NCBI GenBank assembly: GCA_963765495.1
Contig: CAVXWP010000008.1
Location: 384,001 to 448,000, forward strand
Source of the DNA: Blastocatellia bacterium
GTDB lineage: Bacteria > Acidobacteriota > Blastocatellia > UBA7656
Direction: 5' to 3'
Length of the DNA: 64,000 nt
The notes under the pieces are model-generated. The model did not search any database, was not told the DNA's origin, and was given only the letters and a program-made list of their open reading frames with translations. Below, piece after piece: positions 49,935-59,438 of the stretch. Numbering within the stretch: position 1 is the first letter of the stretch; every line of letters starts with the position of its first letter. A program made the translations under genes and the position numbers.

Positions 49935-51701
49935 TTAGCGTGAGCCATCGGGTCTGTCCGCAAGGACTACTTTAACCCTGGCTTCCCGACCGTACCGTCT
50001 GTTTTGCGGCTCGGACGACGTTGCTCCATCATTGCCGTCGTCAACGTTGTTTGTATCAATACCCTTTGAGGAGAGCGCCGAGGTCAGGGCCTGAGCGCGG
50101 TCCTGACTAAGTCTCTGGTTTATGGCGTCGGGACCGCTCTTGTCGGTGTTGCCTGTCGTATTGATGCGAAGGCTCTTTCCTATTGAAGGGACTATCGCCT
50201 CAAGCCTTTTTATGTCCGTTATGAGCGCATCAAGTTCGATTTCCTGATCCGAAGGGAGTTCGGCGCTGCCGACAGCGAATTGGATGGCTCGACCCTCGAT
50301 CTGCTCTTTGAGTCTGTTGATCTCTCTCGTTATCCGCTCTCGATCAATCAGGTTGTCGTCTTTGTAGCCGTAAACCGAAGAGAGCACCTGAGAGAGCCTG
50401 CGCGATTCGGCAATCCAAGCTTCGGGGGCATTACCTTCGGCTACGAGGAATCCATCCTCGACCTTTAAGGTTACGGTGGGGGGAGGCTGGAGCAGTTTTG
50501 AAGCCCTCGCAAGAACAAATTCCGGGTTGGATGCCTGAAACGGTTCCCACCTGCTCACAACCTTGTCGGGCTCGACATTCGTCCCGTTTAAGAGAGCTAG
50601 GGGGTCGGCGGCAAGCGGATCTCTAAGCCCCGAGACAAGATGTTTCCCTCCCCGCTTCTCATCAGAAATCAGTATAATGCCGGGCTCGGATTTCAATTTT
50701 GCCAGATAGGCATCCCAGCGCCAGGCATCGCGAAAGTAAAAAAATGCCCAGAGACCGATTGCGAGGATCACCATCGCGGCCAGCACCCAGAAAAACGGGC
50801 TGCTCTTTTTCTCCTCTTCGACTATCGGAGTTTCGAGGCAGGCTTCAAGTCTGGGGCGGCAGGCTTCAAAGGGCTCGGTCTCTCCATCAAACATCTCAAA
50901 TGCATCGCGTTGTTCGACCTGGATGGCATCAAGCGTATCCTGTAACAGGTCCTGAAATCTTCGGGGCGCATTTCCTCGTACAGCCGCTGCGAGCATCGCC
51001 TGTGGTCCCTGCTCCAGCCAGCCCGTAAACTCACCAACCTTGAATTCATCGAGCGATTCGGACTCTCTCGCCCATTTTGAATCGTGGGCGAAATCCTGAA
51101 GCGCCGTAAGAAGCCCCGATAACATCTCAGGGTCCTGATCGCCTTCGGATTCTATCGGTACCTTTTGCAGCAGCAGTCCCGTCTCTCTGTGAATCAACAG
51201 GACGTGCTCTACCTTGTAGCGCATCGTGTGACTCAGGACCACTTCGGCAAATGACTTCCCCGATCTCAGGGCCTCGAGCCGCCATTTCAGTCCTTTGATT
51301 GAAATGCTGTATTCCAGGGTCTTATTCAGTGACTGAACCATCTCGCTGAAGGCGTTAGAGATGGCTTTGCGAATCGCCGGCCCCATGACTGGAAAGATCG
51401 CGTCTACGAGTCTCTGGGGATTCTTTTTTACAGATACAGAGATGGCTTCTTCGACCGAAGGCATAATCGCTCTGGTCAATTTATCATCTCTATCCGTACG
51501 CAATTTGACCGCGTCCGGCAACACGCGGCTCACATCCCGGGCATATTGCACGGGGTCGTCAAGCCTCTGCTGTAGTCTTCTGACCTGATTCAACTCCGGC
51601 CCGATCAGCAGACTGCGAAGCTCATCGAATTCCTCGGAGGCCGAGTCGGGTCTGTCTGCGCCGGTCTCTTCCGGGGAGGCCGGTGCAACTCTCTCAGCCA
51701 T
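49935..51701 (-). CDS. Helical domain - alpha/beta domain - TM - BON-like - OmpA-C-like fusion protein
   Basis: TM FFWVLAAMVILAIGLWAFFYF; C-terminal IQFAVGSAEL...GNTDKSG...NQRLSQDRA (OmpA-like peptidoglycan binding). Start at ATG 51701. Confidence 0.82.
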   Translation of the reverse strand: MAERVAPASPEETGADRPDSASEEFDELRSLLIGPELNQVRRLQQRLDDPVQYARDVSRVLPDAVKLRTDRDDKLTRAIMPSVEEAISVSVKKNPQRLVDAIFPVMGPAIRKAISNAFSEMVQSLNKTLEYSISIKGLKWRLEALRSGKSFAEVVLSHTMRYKVEHVLLIHRETGLLLQKVPIESEGDQDPEMLSGLLTALQDFAHDSKWARESESLDEFKVGEFTGWLEQGPQAMLAAAVRGNAPRRFQDLLQDTLDAIQVEQRDAFEMFDGETEPFEACRPRLEACLETPIVEEEKKSSPFFWVLAAMVILAIGLWAFFYFRDAWRWDAYLAKLKSEPGIILISDEKRGGKHLVSGLRDPLAADPLALLNGTNVEPDKVVSRWEPFQASNPEFVLARASKLLQPPPTVTLKVEDGFLVAEGNAPEAWIAESRRLSQVLSSVYGYKDDNLIDRERITREINRLKEQIEGRAIQFAVGSAELPSDQEIELDALITDIKRLEAIVPSIGKSLRINTTGNTDKSGPDAINQRLSQDRAQALTSALSSKGIDTNNVDDGNDGATSSEPQNRRYGREARVKVVLADRPDGSR

Positions 51702-52323
51702 TGCCGAGTTCCTCCGAACCGGGGATCGTAAACTCATTATTCAGCCGCATCGCAAGCTCGTTAAACATCGCCGCAAGCGCCGACCGATCAGTCTTATCCG
51801 ATCTAAGCTCGGTCGCTTCGCGGTCGAGCGAGGCCCGTATCTCGTCGTGTTTTCGGCGGAGGTCGTCCGACAGGGTCTTTGACTGGTCGAGAATCTGGTC
51901 TCTCAGTTCGCGATGGCTCTGGTTTATCTGATCATCGATCTGCGCCGTCCTTTTCTCGAAATTCCTGGTCAACTCGCCAAGTTCGCGCGATAGTTGCTGG
52001 TCTGATCCGTCGCGTTCATCCCGTTCGGCCCTCAGCCGGTCGCCTAAAGAGGCCATCTCTCCCTTTATGTAAGCCTCCAGCGAATCGAGGCGCTGCCTTA
52101 CTTCGTCCCTGAGATCGGCAGAATCTTTTGCGAGTCGCTCTTCGAGACGGGCAAAACGCCTGTCGATCTCTTTTGCCTGCGATCCAAACAGAATATCTCT
52201 AATCTTGTCGAGGCTCCCAACATTTTGCTGTTCGCCACGATTCTCCACGTTTGGAGAAGAGGGGGCAGGCACAGCACTCTGCCCGTCCTGTGATGAAGGT
52301 TCCAGCATGCTTTCTTCTGTCAT
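51694..52323 (-). CDS. Coiled-coil protein
   Basis: LDKIRDILFG then a long heptad-rich region ending DRSALAAMFNELAMRL; AAGGAG RBS; 8-nt overlap with the next gene. Confidence 0.8.
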   Translation of the reverse strand: MTEESMLEPSSQDGQSAVPAPSSPNVENRGEQQNVGSLDKIRDILFGSQAKEIDRRFARLEERLAKDSADLRDEVRQRLDSLEAYIKGEMASLGDRLRAERDERDGSDQQLSRELGELTRNFEKRTAQIDDQINQSHRELRDQILDQSKTLSDDLRRKHDEIRASLDREATELRSDKTDRSALAAMFNELAMRLNNEFTIPGSEELGNG

Positions 52324-53110
52324 TGGAAATTGCTCCTTGGTTTTACTTGTATCGAGGGGTTTGGCGCTCGATTCTTACTCGTCGAGCGATGCACCCGAAA
52401 TCGAGCTATTTCAAAACTGCTCTTCCCTGTTCGTCTGTTCCCTGATTAGAGCGAACCCAATATATCACAAAACAATTCTCTTAGGAATTTTGGTTATTTG
52501 ATTCCGCTCCCCAGAAACAGACGATGAAGAAGACGGGTATCGAGCGTAAGGGGAAGAATAGAAAGGATTCTGATGCAAAATCAGATTGGCAGGCCGGGTG
52601 AGTTTCGTTTTTCACAGGTGTGTTTTGCAACGGGAATGCCCCTTTAACAGGTCCAGTTAGAAAGAATAAGTATGAGAGCGCGTTCCACGCGCGGGCGTGT
52701 AGAGCTTTTGCCTGTACATGCAAGGGCATTTCAACACGAGGCCCTTATCAATACCGCGCCCTCATAACGTGGAACATTAGACCATAACTCCAGTTTGTAC
52801 ACATCGGACCAGAATGCCTTTTTTCAGGCATCTTTGTACTATTTCTATTCCGCCCGTATTGGCCCTATTGTGCCAGTGTGAAGGGTCACCCCTGCCAGAT
52901 CACTGCTATCAACGCCGCTTTTACAACTTGATCTTGTGACGAGGGAATATGCTTGCGTCAGGGCCATTCAGTTTTCAAGATATATTTAGGGAAAAAGGAT
53001 ACCGTTTGATTGCTAAGAATAATTCTCTTATAATCTGCGCGGATTTTCATTTCGCATTTTTTGCATAAGACATTTTCATTGACTAACCAAGAGGTTTCAA
53101 AATACACGCC

Positions 53111-53545
53111 ATGTCGACAAACGAGGCCCATCCGATCCGCATCATCATCGTAGACGATCACCCTGTAGTACGAGCCGGTTTAAAGTTGATCGTAAACAGT
53201 CAATCGGGGTTGCAAATAGTCGGGGAAGCCGAAGATCGGGCGGGAGCACTCGAACTGGCAGGACGCGAAAAACCGGACATCATTTTGCTGGACCTCGATC
53301 TGGGTGAAGACAACGGCCTTGAACTTATGCCGGAGTTGCAACGCCTTGCCGAATCGGCAAGGGTCGTGATTTTGACCGGGCTCAACGATCCTGAAATGCA
53401 TCGCCGCGCGGTTCGGCTCGGAGCGATGGGCGTAGTGCTTAAGGAGAGCGCCAATCAGTCGATCCTTGCGGCCATCAGGTCCGTGAGCGAGGGCGAAATC
53501 TATCTGGATCGAACTCTGATGTCTAGTTTGATGGATGAGGGGTGA
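53111..53545 (+). CDS. NarL-type receiver domain lacking the LuxR HTH
   Basis: IVDDHPVVRAGL, ILLDL, ILTG, VVLK; ends after the linker GEIYLDRTLMSSLMDEG. Confidence 0.82.
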   Translation: MSTNEAHPIRIIIVDDHPVVRAGLKLIVNSQSGLQIVGEAEDRAGALELAGREKPDIILLDLDLGEDNGLELMPELQRLAESARVVILTGLNDPEMHRRAVRLGAMGVVLKESANQSILAAIRSVSEGEIYLDRTLMSSLMDEG

Positions 53546-53716
53546 TTCCACTAAGGGAGATGCGTGACGGGTGAAGAGAGAGAAAGAATCAGATCACGCT
53601 CTCATCTCTAACAATTGAACTCGCGGGATTGATTCGTTTCTCACCGCGCCGTATTATTGTATTCCCTCTTGGCGAACGTACTATTCCCACTATCGAAGGT
53701 AGAAGGAGTGCATCAC

Positions 53717-55354
53717 ATGCAAGCTCAACGACCTAAAAAGGTAGTCATACTCGGCGGAGGATTTGCAGGGGTCTATACAGCACAGTATCTGGAAAAGGCG
53801 CTCGGAAAGAATGAGGATTTTGAAATAACCCTCATAAATAAGGAGAACTACTTTGTTTTCCAGCCGATGTTGCCCGAAATAATCTCCGGCAGCATAGGTA
53901 TTCTCGACACCGTAAGTCCGATTCGACGCCTGCTGCCTCGTACATCGCTTCACGTACGCGACATCGAATCAATAGATTTGAAGAATCGCGTAATCACTAC
54001 CAGTCCCGGATTTCGGCCACACGCCCACCTGATCCCTTTTGATTATCTGGTCATCGCGCTCGGCAATGTGACCGATTTTCGTGGATTGCGCGGGCTGCCC
54101 GAACACGCCATACCTTTCAAGAATCTCGCCGACGCGCTCTATATCAGAAACCACCTCATCCGAGCCCTTGAAGAGGCTGCAATTGAGCACGATGACCTGG
54201 ATTTGCGTAAGCAATTGCTTACTTTTGTGGTGGCCGGTGGGGGCTTTTCAGGCGTGGAGGCCGTCGCGGAATTAAACGATTTTGTTCGAGAGATTGCGCG
54301 CAGCTATCGCGGGATCGACCCGGCGGAAATACGCGTTGTACTTGTCCACTCACAGGATCGCATCCTTCCCGAGGTCTCAGAAAAGCTGGCCCTGTTTGCG
54401 CAGAATCTTCTGAAAAAGCGAGGCGTAGAGGTTCTGCTAAACACGAGGCTTGAGGCTGCCACCGGGGAAGAGGCTATCCTGAAGGGTGGTATCCAAATCC
54501 CTACGCGTACGCTGATTTCGACCGTGCCGTCTTCTCCTCACCCGATTGTCGATAGCCTCGATTTGCCAAAGGGTAAGAACGGCAGGTTGATAACAAACCG
54601 GCACCTTGAAGTGGAGGGGACAGACCACATCTGGGCGCTGGGCGATTGCGCGCTTGTTCCAGAACCGGGAAGCGAAGGATTCTGCCCGCCTACGGCTCAG
54701 CACGCAATCCGACAGGGGCGAACGGCCGCACACAACATCATCGCGAAGATTAGAGGAGGAGAGAAACGGACCTTCGATTTCAAGGGGCTGGGGAAGATGG
54801 GGGCGCTCGGCCATCGCTCGGCAGTAGCTGAAATCTTTGGAATCAACATATCCGGTTTTGTAGCCTGGTGGATGTGGCGTTCAATCTATCTGATGAAACT
54901 GCCGGGATGGGGGCGAAGATTGAGAGTCGCTACAGATTGGACGCTCGATCTGTTGCTGCCTGCCGAACTGGTCCAATTAAAACTCGCGGGGTCGATGGGA
55001 ATCACACAGGAACATTTTGAACCCGGTGAAGAAATCTTTCGACAGGGCGATCTTGGGGACAGGATTTACATTATCGTCAGCGGGAAGGCTGATGTGATAC
55101 GAGAAGAAGAGGGCGGCGAGATAAAACTTGCCCAGCTTGAAATGGGCCAGTATTTCGGTGAGATGGCATTGCTAAAGAAGGCCACGCGCAGCGCGACCAT
55201 AAGGTGTACAGCCCCGATGGACACCCTGAGCTTGCCTAAACGCGAATTCAGCCTGCTTACCGCTTACCTCCCCGAGTTGCGGGCAAATTTTGAACAGGTA
55301 ATGGAAGAACGCAATCGCGCAAACACCGAGAAGGTTATGCACGCCGATGAATAG
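53717..55354 (+). CDS. Type II NADH dehydrogenase fused to a C-terminal cNMP-binding domain
   Basis: GGGFAG, FQPMLPE, VAGGGFSGVE, WALGDCA, PPTAQHA; then IFRQGDLGDRIYIIVSG...YFGEMALL...RSATI; AAGGAG RBS before ATG 53717. Confidence 0.9.
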   Translation: MQAQRPKKVVILGGGFAGVYTAQYLEKALGKNEDFEITLINKENYFVFQPMLPEIISGSIGILDTVSPIRRLLPRTSLHVRDIESIDLKNRVITTSPGFRPHAHLIPFDYLVIALGNVTDFRGLRGLPEHAIPFKNLADALYIRNHLIRALEEAAIEHDDLDLRKQLLTFVVAGGGFSGVEAVAELNDFVREIARSYRGIDPAEIRVVLVHSQDRILPEVSEKLALFAQNLLKKRGVEVLLNTRLEAATGEEAILKGGIQIPTRTLISTVPSSPHPIVDSLDLPKGKNGRLITNRHLEVEGTDHIWALGDCALVPEPGSEGFCPPTAQHAIRQGRTAAHNIIAKIRGGEKRTFDFKGLGKMGALGHRSAVAEIFGINISGFVAWWMWRSIYLMKLPGWGRRLRVATDWTLDLLLPAELVQLKLAGSMGITQEHFEPGEEIFRQGDLGDRIYIIVSGKADVIREEEGGEIKLAQLEMGQYFGEMALLKKATRSATIRCTAPMDTLSLPKREFSLLTAYLPELRANFEQVMEERNRANTEKVMHADE

Positions 55355-55355
55355 G

Positions 55356-55504
55356 CTCTGATAGTAGGCAGTAGGCAGTAGGCAGTTAAGCTGGAGGCGG
55401 GTACCAACTATTCACATCTATATATTGCATTGCTGAGTTTAGCCCTTTGGCTTTGATCTTGATTATCAGCTTAACTGCCTACTGCCTACTGCCTACTATC
55501 AGAG
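55356..55504. repeat. Perfect 38-bp inverted repeat containing tandem AGTAGGC heptamers
   Basis: CTCTGATAGTAGGCAGTAGGCAGTAGGCAGTTAAGCTG (55356-55393) and its exact reverse complement (55467-55504), 73-nt spacer. Confidence 0.92.
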
Positions 55505-56464
55505 TTGTCGGGCAATCTCGCGGGCATAATAGGTCAGAATCAAATCGGCTCCCGCACGTTTTATTGAGGTCAGCGACTCGAGGGCTACTCGTTGTTCGTC
55601 AATCCAACCCATTTTCGCAGCCGCCTTTATCATCGCGTATTCGCCCGAGACCTGATAAGCCGCTACCGGAAGATCGAATCGTTCGCGAACGGCGCGAATG
55701 ACATCCAGATAAGGGAGTGCGGGTTTAACCATGAGGATATCGGCACCCTGCTCCCAATCGAGTTCGGCTTCGCGCATGGCTTCGCGCGAATTGGCAGGGT
55801 CCATCTGATACCCTCGACGGTCGCCAAACTGAGGGGCCGATTGCGCCGCCTCTCGGAACGGGCCATAGAAGGCCGACGCGTATTTGACGGCATACGACAT
55901 TATCGGTATCTGATCAAATCCAGATTCATCAAGTGCCTGACGGATCGCCTCAACAAAACCATCCATCATATTGGAGGGGGCTATAATATCTGCCCCCGCC
56001 TCTGCCTGAGATACAGCCGTTTGCGCAAGCAAATCGAGCGTAGGGTCATTTAGAACTTCGCCGTCTTCGATAACGCCGCAATGGCCGTGATCCGTATACT
56101 CGCACAGACAATTATCCGCGATGAGAAGTACATCTCCTGTCTCGCGCTTTAGGGCTCGTATTGCCCTCTGCGTGATGCCGTCTTCGGCATAACCCTGAGA
56201 GCCGGTAGGGTCTTTTTCATCAGGTACACCAAATAAGATTACCGCGCGCACGCCCTCTGTACGCGCGGCCTCGACCTCTCGAACCAGCTCATCAATCGAC
56301 ATGTTATAACAACCCGGCATTGCCGAAATCTCGCGGCGCACGCCCTCGCCTTCGCAAACAAAGAGCGGGTAGATGAAATCGTCCGGCGACAGCCGTGTCT
56401 CACGCACCATCGCACGTATCGTCTCAGTGCGCCGCAACCTTCGGGGCCTCTGAATCAAATTCAT
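55499..56464 (-). CDS. hemB: Porphobilinogen synthase (ALA dehydratase), Zn type
   Basis: [42 protein letters not shown]. Confidence 0.97.
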   Translation of the reverse strand: MNLIQRPRRLRRTETIRAMVRETRLSPDDFIYPLFVCEGEGVRREISAMPGCYNMSIDELVREVEAARTEGVRAVILFGVPDEKDPTGSQGYAEDGITQRAIRALKRETGDVLLIADNCLCEYTDHGHCGVIEDGEVLNDPTLDLLAQTAVSQAEAGADIIAPSNMMDGFVEAIRQALDESGFDQIPIMSYAVKYASAFYGPFREAAQSAPQFGDRRGYQMDPANSREAMREAELDWEQGADILMVKPALPYLDVIRAVRERFDLPVAAYQVSGEYAMIKAAAKMGWIDEQRVALESLTSIKRAGADLILTYYAREIARQL

Positions 56465-56740
56465 AGGTTGGACTCCTGGTAAAATAATGATTTTCCAGCC
56501 TGCCCGGTGCTAATTGTCACTTCCCTGTTCCGTACCAAAGAAGAAAATTTGAGCGCACTCTTCACTGCAAAAAGGCCGGGCATATCGCCGTATTGCGCAG
56601 TCCTCACAAAGCGACTTATAGCACGTTGCGCATTTCAGCAATCGAAATACCTGAGGCTCCTGATTGCATTTCGAGCAAACTGTCATTACAAGTGCAAAGT
56701 ATATCAGATTGCGCCAGAGGGTTAATAGTTTTCACGAGGG

Positions 56741-56965
56741 TTAGAGCGCGTCTGAAAAGTGAAGAAAAGCCCCGAAGGGGCGAGATTCAATAGCCCGGCG
56801 CGTTGCGCCGGGTAGAGGCAGCCAAAGTCGCGCAAGCCCTGAAAGGGCGCAATATCGGGGCCTATCTCCCACTTTCAGGGCTCGGGGGATTTTGGCCTCG
56901 GTTCCTGGGGCGATGCCCCAGGCTATTGGATTGCGTCCTTTCAGGGCTTTTCAGACGCGCTCTAA
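56741..56965. mobile_element. MITE-like element with terminal inverted repeats and internal REP-like hairpins
   Basis: TTAGAGCGCGTCTGAAAAG ... CTTTTCAGACGCGCTCTAA (19-bp perfect IR); internal AGCCCCGAAGGGGC, AGCCCTGAAAGGGC, CTTTCAGGGCT x2, CCCGGCGCGTTGCGCCGGG. Confidence 0.72.
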
Positions 56966-57039
56966 GGTACGCACTGATCGTTTGGTGCAGGGCTATCTTA
57001 TTCTCAGGAAATACTTTGAGAATTTAATCCTTCTGTGCC

Positions 57040-58110
57040 TCACCTTGAGTTGCTCTTCGGGAACATTACGCGGTCCGGCTCGGCGTTCAGTCTTTCCAGC
57101 ATCTTTTTTATCAGCCTCGTTTTGACCTGCCCGGCTCGTTTCGGCTCTACCAGATACCGAACGATTGCCTCGATCCAGGTGTTTTCATTCACCCTGAAAA
57201 TGACCGTAGGGTGCTCCCTCACCTCAAGCTCATCAACCGGCGTTTTCTCAAGCAAATTGCGAAAAACCCTCACCCGCTCAAGCATGTCTTCGCCCAGTTC
57301 CACCTCAGCCGTCTCCTGCATGGCCTTCGCCACAAATTCGAGATCGCTTTCGTAAGCGATGTTGAAAGAGATTTCGTTCCAGATATAAGGGAAAAGAGGC
57401 CAGGAATAGTTGTAGACCGCAGACCCTAAGACATCAGAGTTTGGAAATTTGATTATCCTTCCGCTCGGGTGATCCGTAGAGAGGTACTGCCCGCCAAATT
57501 CCCATAGCGTCGTGTCGAGGTAGCTCACATCAATAACATCGCCTGTCGCATCCCCGATCTTTATTCTGTCGCCAACCCGGTACGGCTCCCTGACAAGAAT
57601 GTATACCCATCCGATAAAACTCGTTATCGGTGTCTGAAGAGCGAAGCCCAGTACCAGCGAGATCAACCCGAGCGACACTACAGCCGTATACCAGTTCACA
57701 AAGATTACGGAAATGATGATAAATCCCAGTATCAGACCGACCATCAGTCTCAGGACCCGTTTCAGGTTGTACCGAGACGCGCCATCCAAAACTCGACCGA
57801 TCAAATATATCTTCACAATCTGTGAGGCCGTCAGGACCAAAGTGATGAGGATGCCCCCCCGGGTGGTCCTCAAGAGAAAATTCTTTATACGTTCCGGTAA
57901 TCCGAAATAAGAGAGACCGAAAAGATAGTAAAGGATGGCCAGCCCGAGCAGGACAAGAACATAGGTGCCGAGCAATACCCGGTCGCCGGTTTCAGCTATT
58001 GGCTTTGCAGGCTCCCGGATGTTTGATGTCTGCCTTAAAGCCTTCTTTACATCCTCTCGCTGCTCTAACTGGTGCGCGGCGGCTTCCTCTTGTTTCCCCA
58101 TAACGCTCAT
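57040..58110 (-). CDS. MscS-family mechanosensitive channel
   Basis: SLGLISLVLGFALQ, PYRVGDRIKIG, GDVIDV, IKFPNS. Confidence 0.9.
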   Translation of the reverse strand: MSVMGKQEEAAAHQLEQREDVKKALRQTSNIREPAKPIAETGDRVLLGTYVLVLLGLAILYYLFGLSYFGLPERIKNFLLRTTRGGILITLVLTASQIVKIYLIGRVLDGASRYNLKRVLRLMVGLILGFIIISVIFVNWYTAVVSLGLISLVLGFALQTPITSFIGWVYILVREPYRVGDRIKIGDATGDVIDVSYLDTTLWEFGGQYLSTDHPSGRIIKFPNSDVLGSAVYNYSWPLFPYIWNEISFNIAYESDLEFVAKAMQETAEVELGEDMLERVRVFRNLLEKTPVDELEVREHPTVIFRVNENTWIEAIVRYLVEPKRAGQVKTRLIKKMLERLNAEPDRVMFPKSNSR

Positions 58111-58185
58111 TTAAAGGTAGGAAAAAAATATGAGCGCCACGAAGTAAACACTAATCCATGATCCGTGAATATTCAACGGCGAGTA

Positions 58186-58584
58186 TCACGGCAATTGATA
58201 ACTGAGGACGCGAACCGTAGCATTGGCTGGGTTCTGGCTGAAAATGAGAACTCCCTCAACTGTCGAATGGGCTGGAATGAAATCGAAGGTTGTATCCGAT
58301 CTCTCTTCCTGACCGCTGGAAGCAAGTAGGCCTTCAACCTTTACCTCTGTGGCTGTGACCTCACCATCATTCGTAATATGAACAGGGAGGTAGAACTGCC
58401 CCCGCTCATTGCGTACCGCACCTTGCTCGACCCTGAAAGAAGCGGGCATGCCCGAAGAGTTCAGCCAGAGCCAGGCTACTATTGCAATCAACCCGGCAAG
58501 CAGAATGAGTGAAACTGCCAGAGACACCCATTCGGCAGATGACCGGGGCGAGTCACTATTCTCATTTTGCTTATTCCCGTTCAT
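58186..58584 (-). CDS. TIGR02588-like membrane-anchored protein
   Basis: AEWVSLAVSLIL TM, FYLPV.ITNDG..TA..V.V, FDFIP, SYQ.P; ATGA overlap with the upstream partner. Confidence 0.75.
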   Translation of the reverse strand: MNGNKQNENSDSPRSSAEWVSLAVSLILLAGLIAIVAWLWLNSSGMPASFRVEQGAVRNERGQFYLPVHITNDGEVTATEVKVEGLLASSGQEERSDTTFDFIPAHSTVEGVLIFSQNPANATVRVLSYQLP

Positions 58585-59438
58585 AACGCCAGCCTGCCCG
58601 CTGCCCCGCCAAGGCTTGAAGGCAAACCCAGTACAATTGCGTAGCTGACCCATTGTTCAAGTGGGTCTGTCGTTCTGACGAGTTGAAACAACCAGAGCAT
58701 CCCTGCGGCCATCAAGAGAGAGAGTAAATAAGAGATGACCGTTTCTGTGATCGGGCTCTGGAAAATGCCGGGCTGGTTCATTCGCGCCTCCTGAGAACCG
58801 AAATTCGCTTCGAACACTATTATGTAGGAAAGACCCAGAGATGCCGCTATTATTACAAGCAGCCATAGGGGCGACATTCCACTGGCAATTTTTGGAATCT
58901 CATCGGTCGGGGCTATGTTGAAGGCTATGATCGTCGCCCCAAATACCGTCGCAGCCGCATCGAGCAGAGTCCCTTTCCACGCGTGGTCAGCAAATCTGAC
59001 TCCGCCCTTTTCCTGGTTTTCGTCACTGTAGAGAAAAGTATTCGTAATTCCTACACCAATGCCAAAGGGAACGGTTTCCATAACTATTCGTCCGAGTGTG
59101 ACCTGGAGTCCTGCCTCGAATGTTAAGACCCTGATCAGAAATAGCCCTACGGTTGCCGACACAAGAGCTATAGCAAGCCCTTCGAAACTGTCGAGTATAG
59201 TCCTGCTCCAGGGACTTGCGCCTTCTTTGCGGAATCCTTCAAAACGATTCAGCGCCAACAGTGACAGATAAGTTAGCAGAAGGGCGATAATCATCCGAGG
59301 CACTGATGTAAAGTTCCCCTTCCACCAAACCTCCATAGTAAAAAGGAACGGAACTCCGAAAAGAAAGGCTCCCGATGAGCCCCGAAGAAAATCGTTTATC
59401 TCAGTTCGCAGCCCGGTTTGTTCGCGATTGCTCTTCAT
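58581..59438 (-). CDS. TIGR02587/DUF2391-like integral membrane protein
   Basis: GAFLFGVPFLFTMEVWW, FNIAPTDEI, ETVISY, LGGAAGRL. Confidence 0.82.
   Translation of the reverse strand: MKSNREQTGLRTEINDFLRGSSGAFLFGVPFLFTMEVWWKGNFTSVPRMIIALLLTYLSLLALNRFEGFRKEGASPWSRTILDSFEGLAIALVSATVGLFLIRVLTFEAGLQVTLGRIVMETVPFGIGVGITNTFLYSDENQEKGGVRFADHAWKGTLLDAAATVFGATIIAFNIAPTDEIPKIASGMSPLWLLVIIAASLGLSYIIVFEANFGSQEARMNQPGIFQSPITETVISYLLSLLMAAGMLWLFQLVRTTDPLEQWVSYAIVLGLPSSLGGAAGRLAL

Noticed and set aside
52324-53110. Small ORFs or an ncRNA in the long divergent intergenic region
   Set aside because: The ORFs lack motifs and a convincing RBS, and I saw no recognisable RNA structure; likely promoter DNA.
55499-56464. 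hemB as part of a tetrapyrrole cluster with the chelatase
   Set aside because: It lies about 18.5 kb away with many unrelated genes between, and hemB is a general heme-pathway gene.
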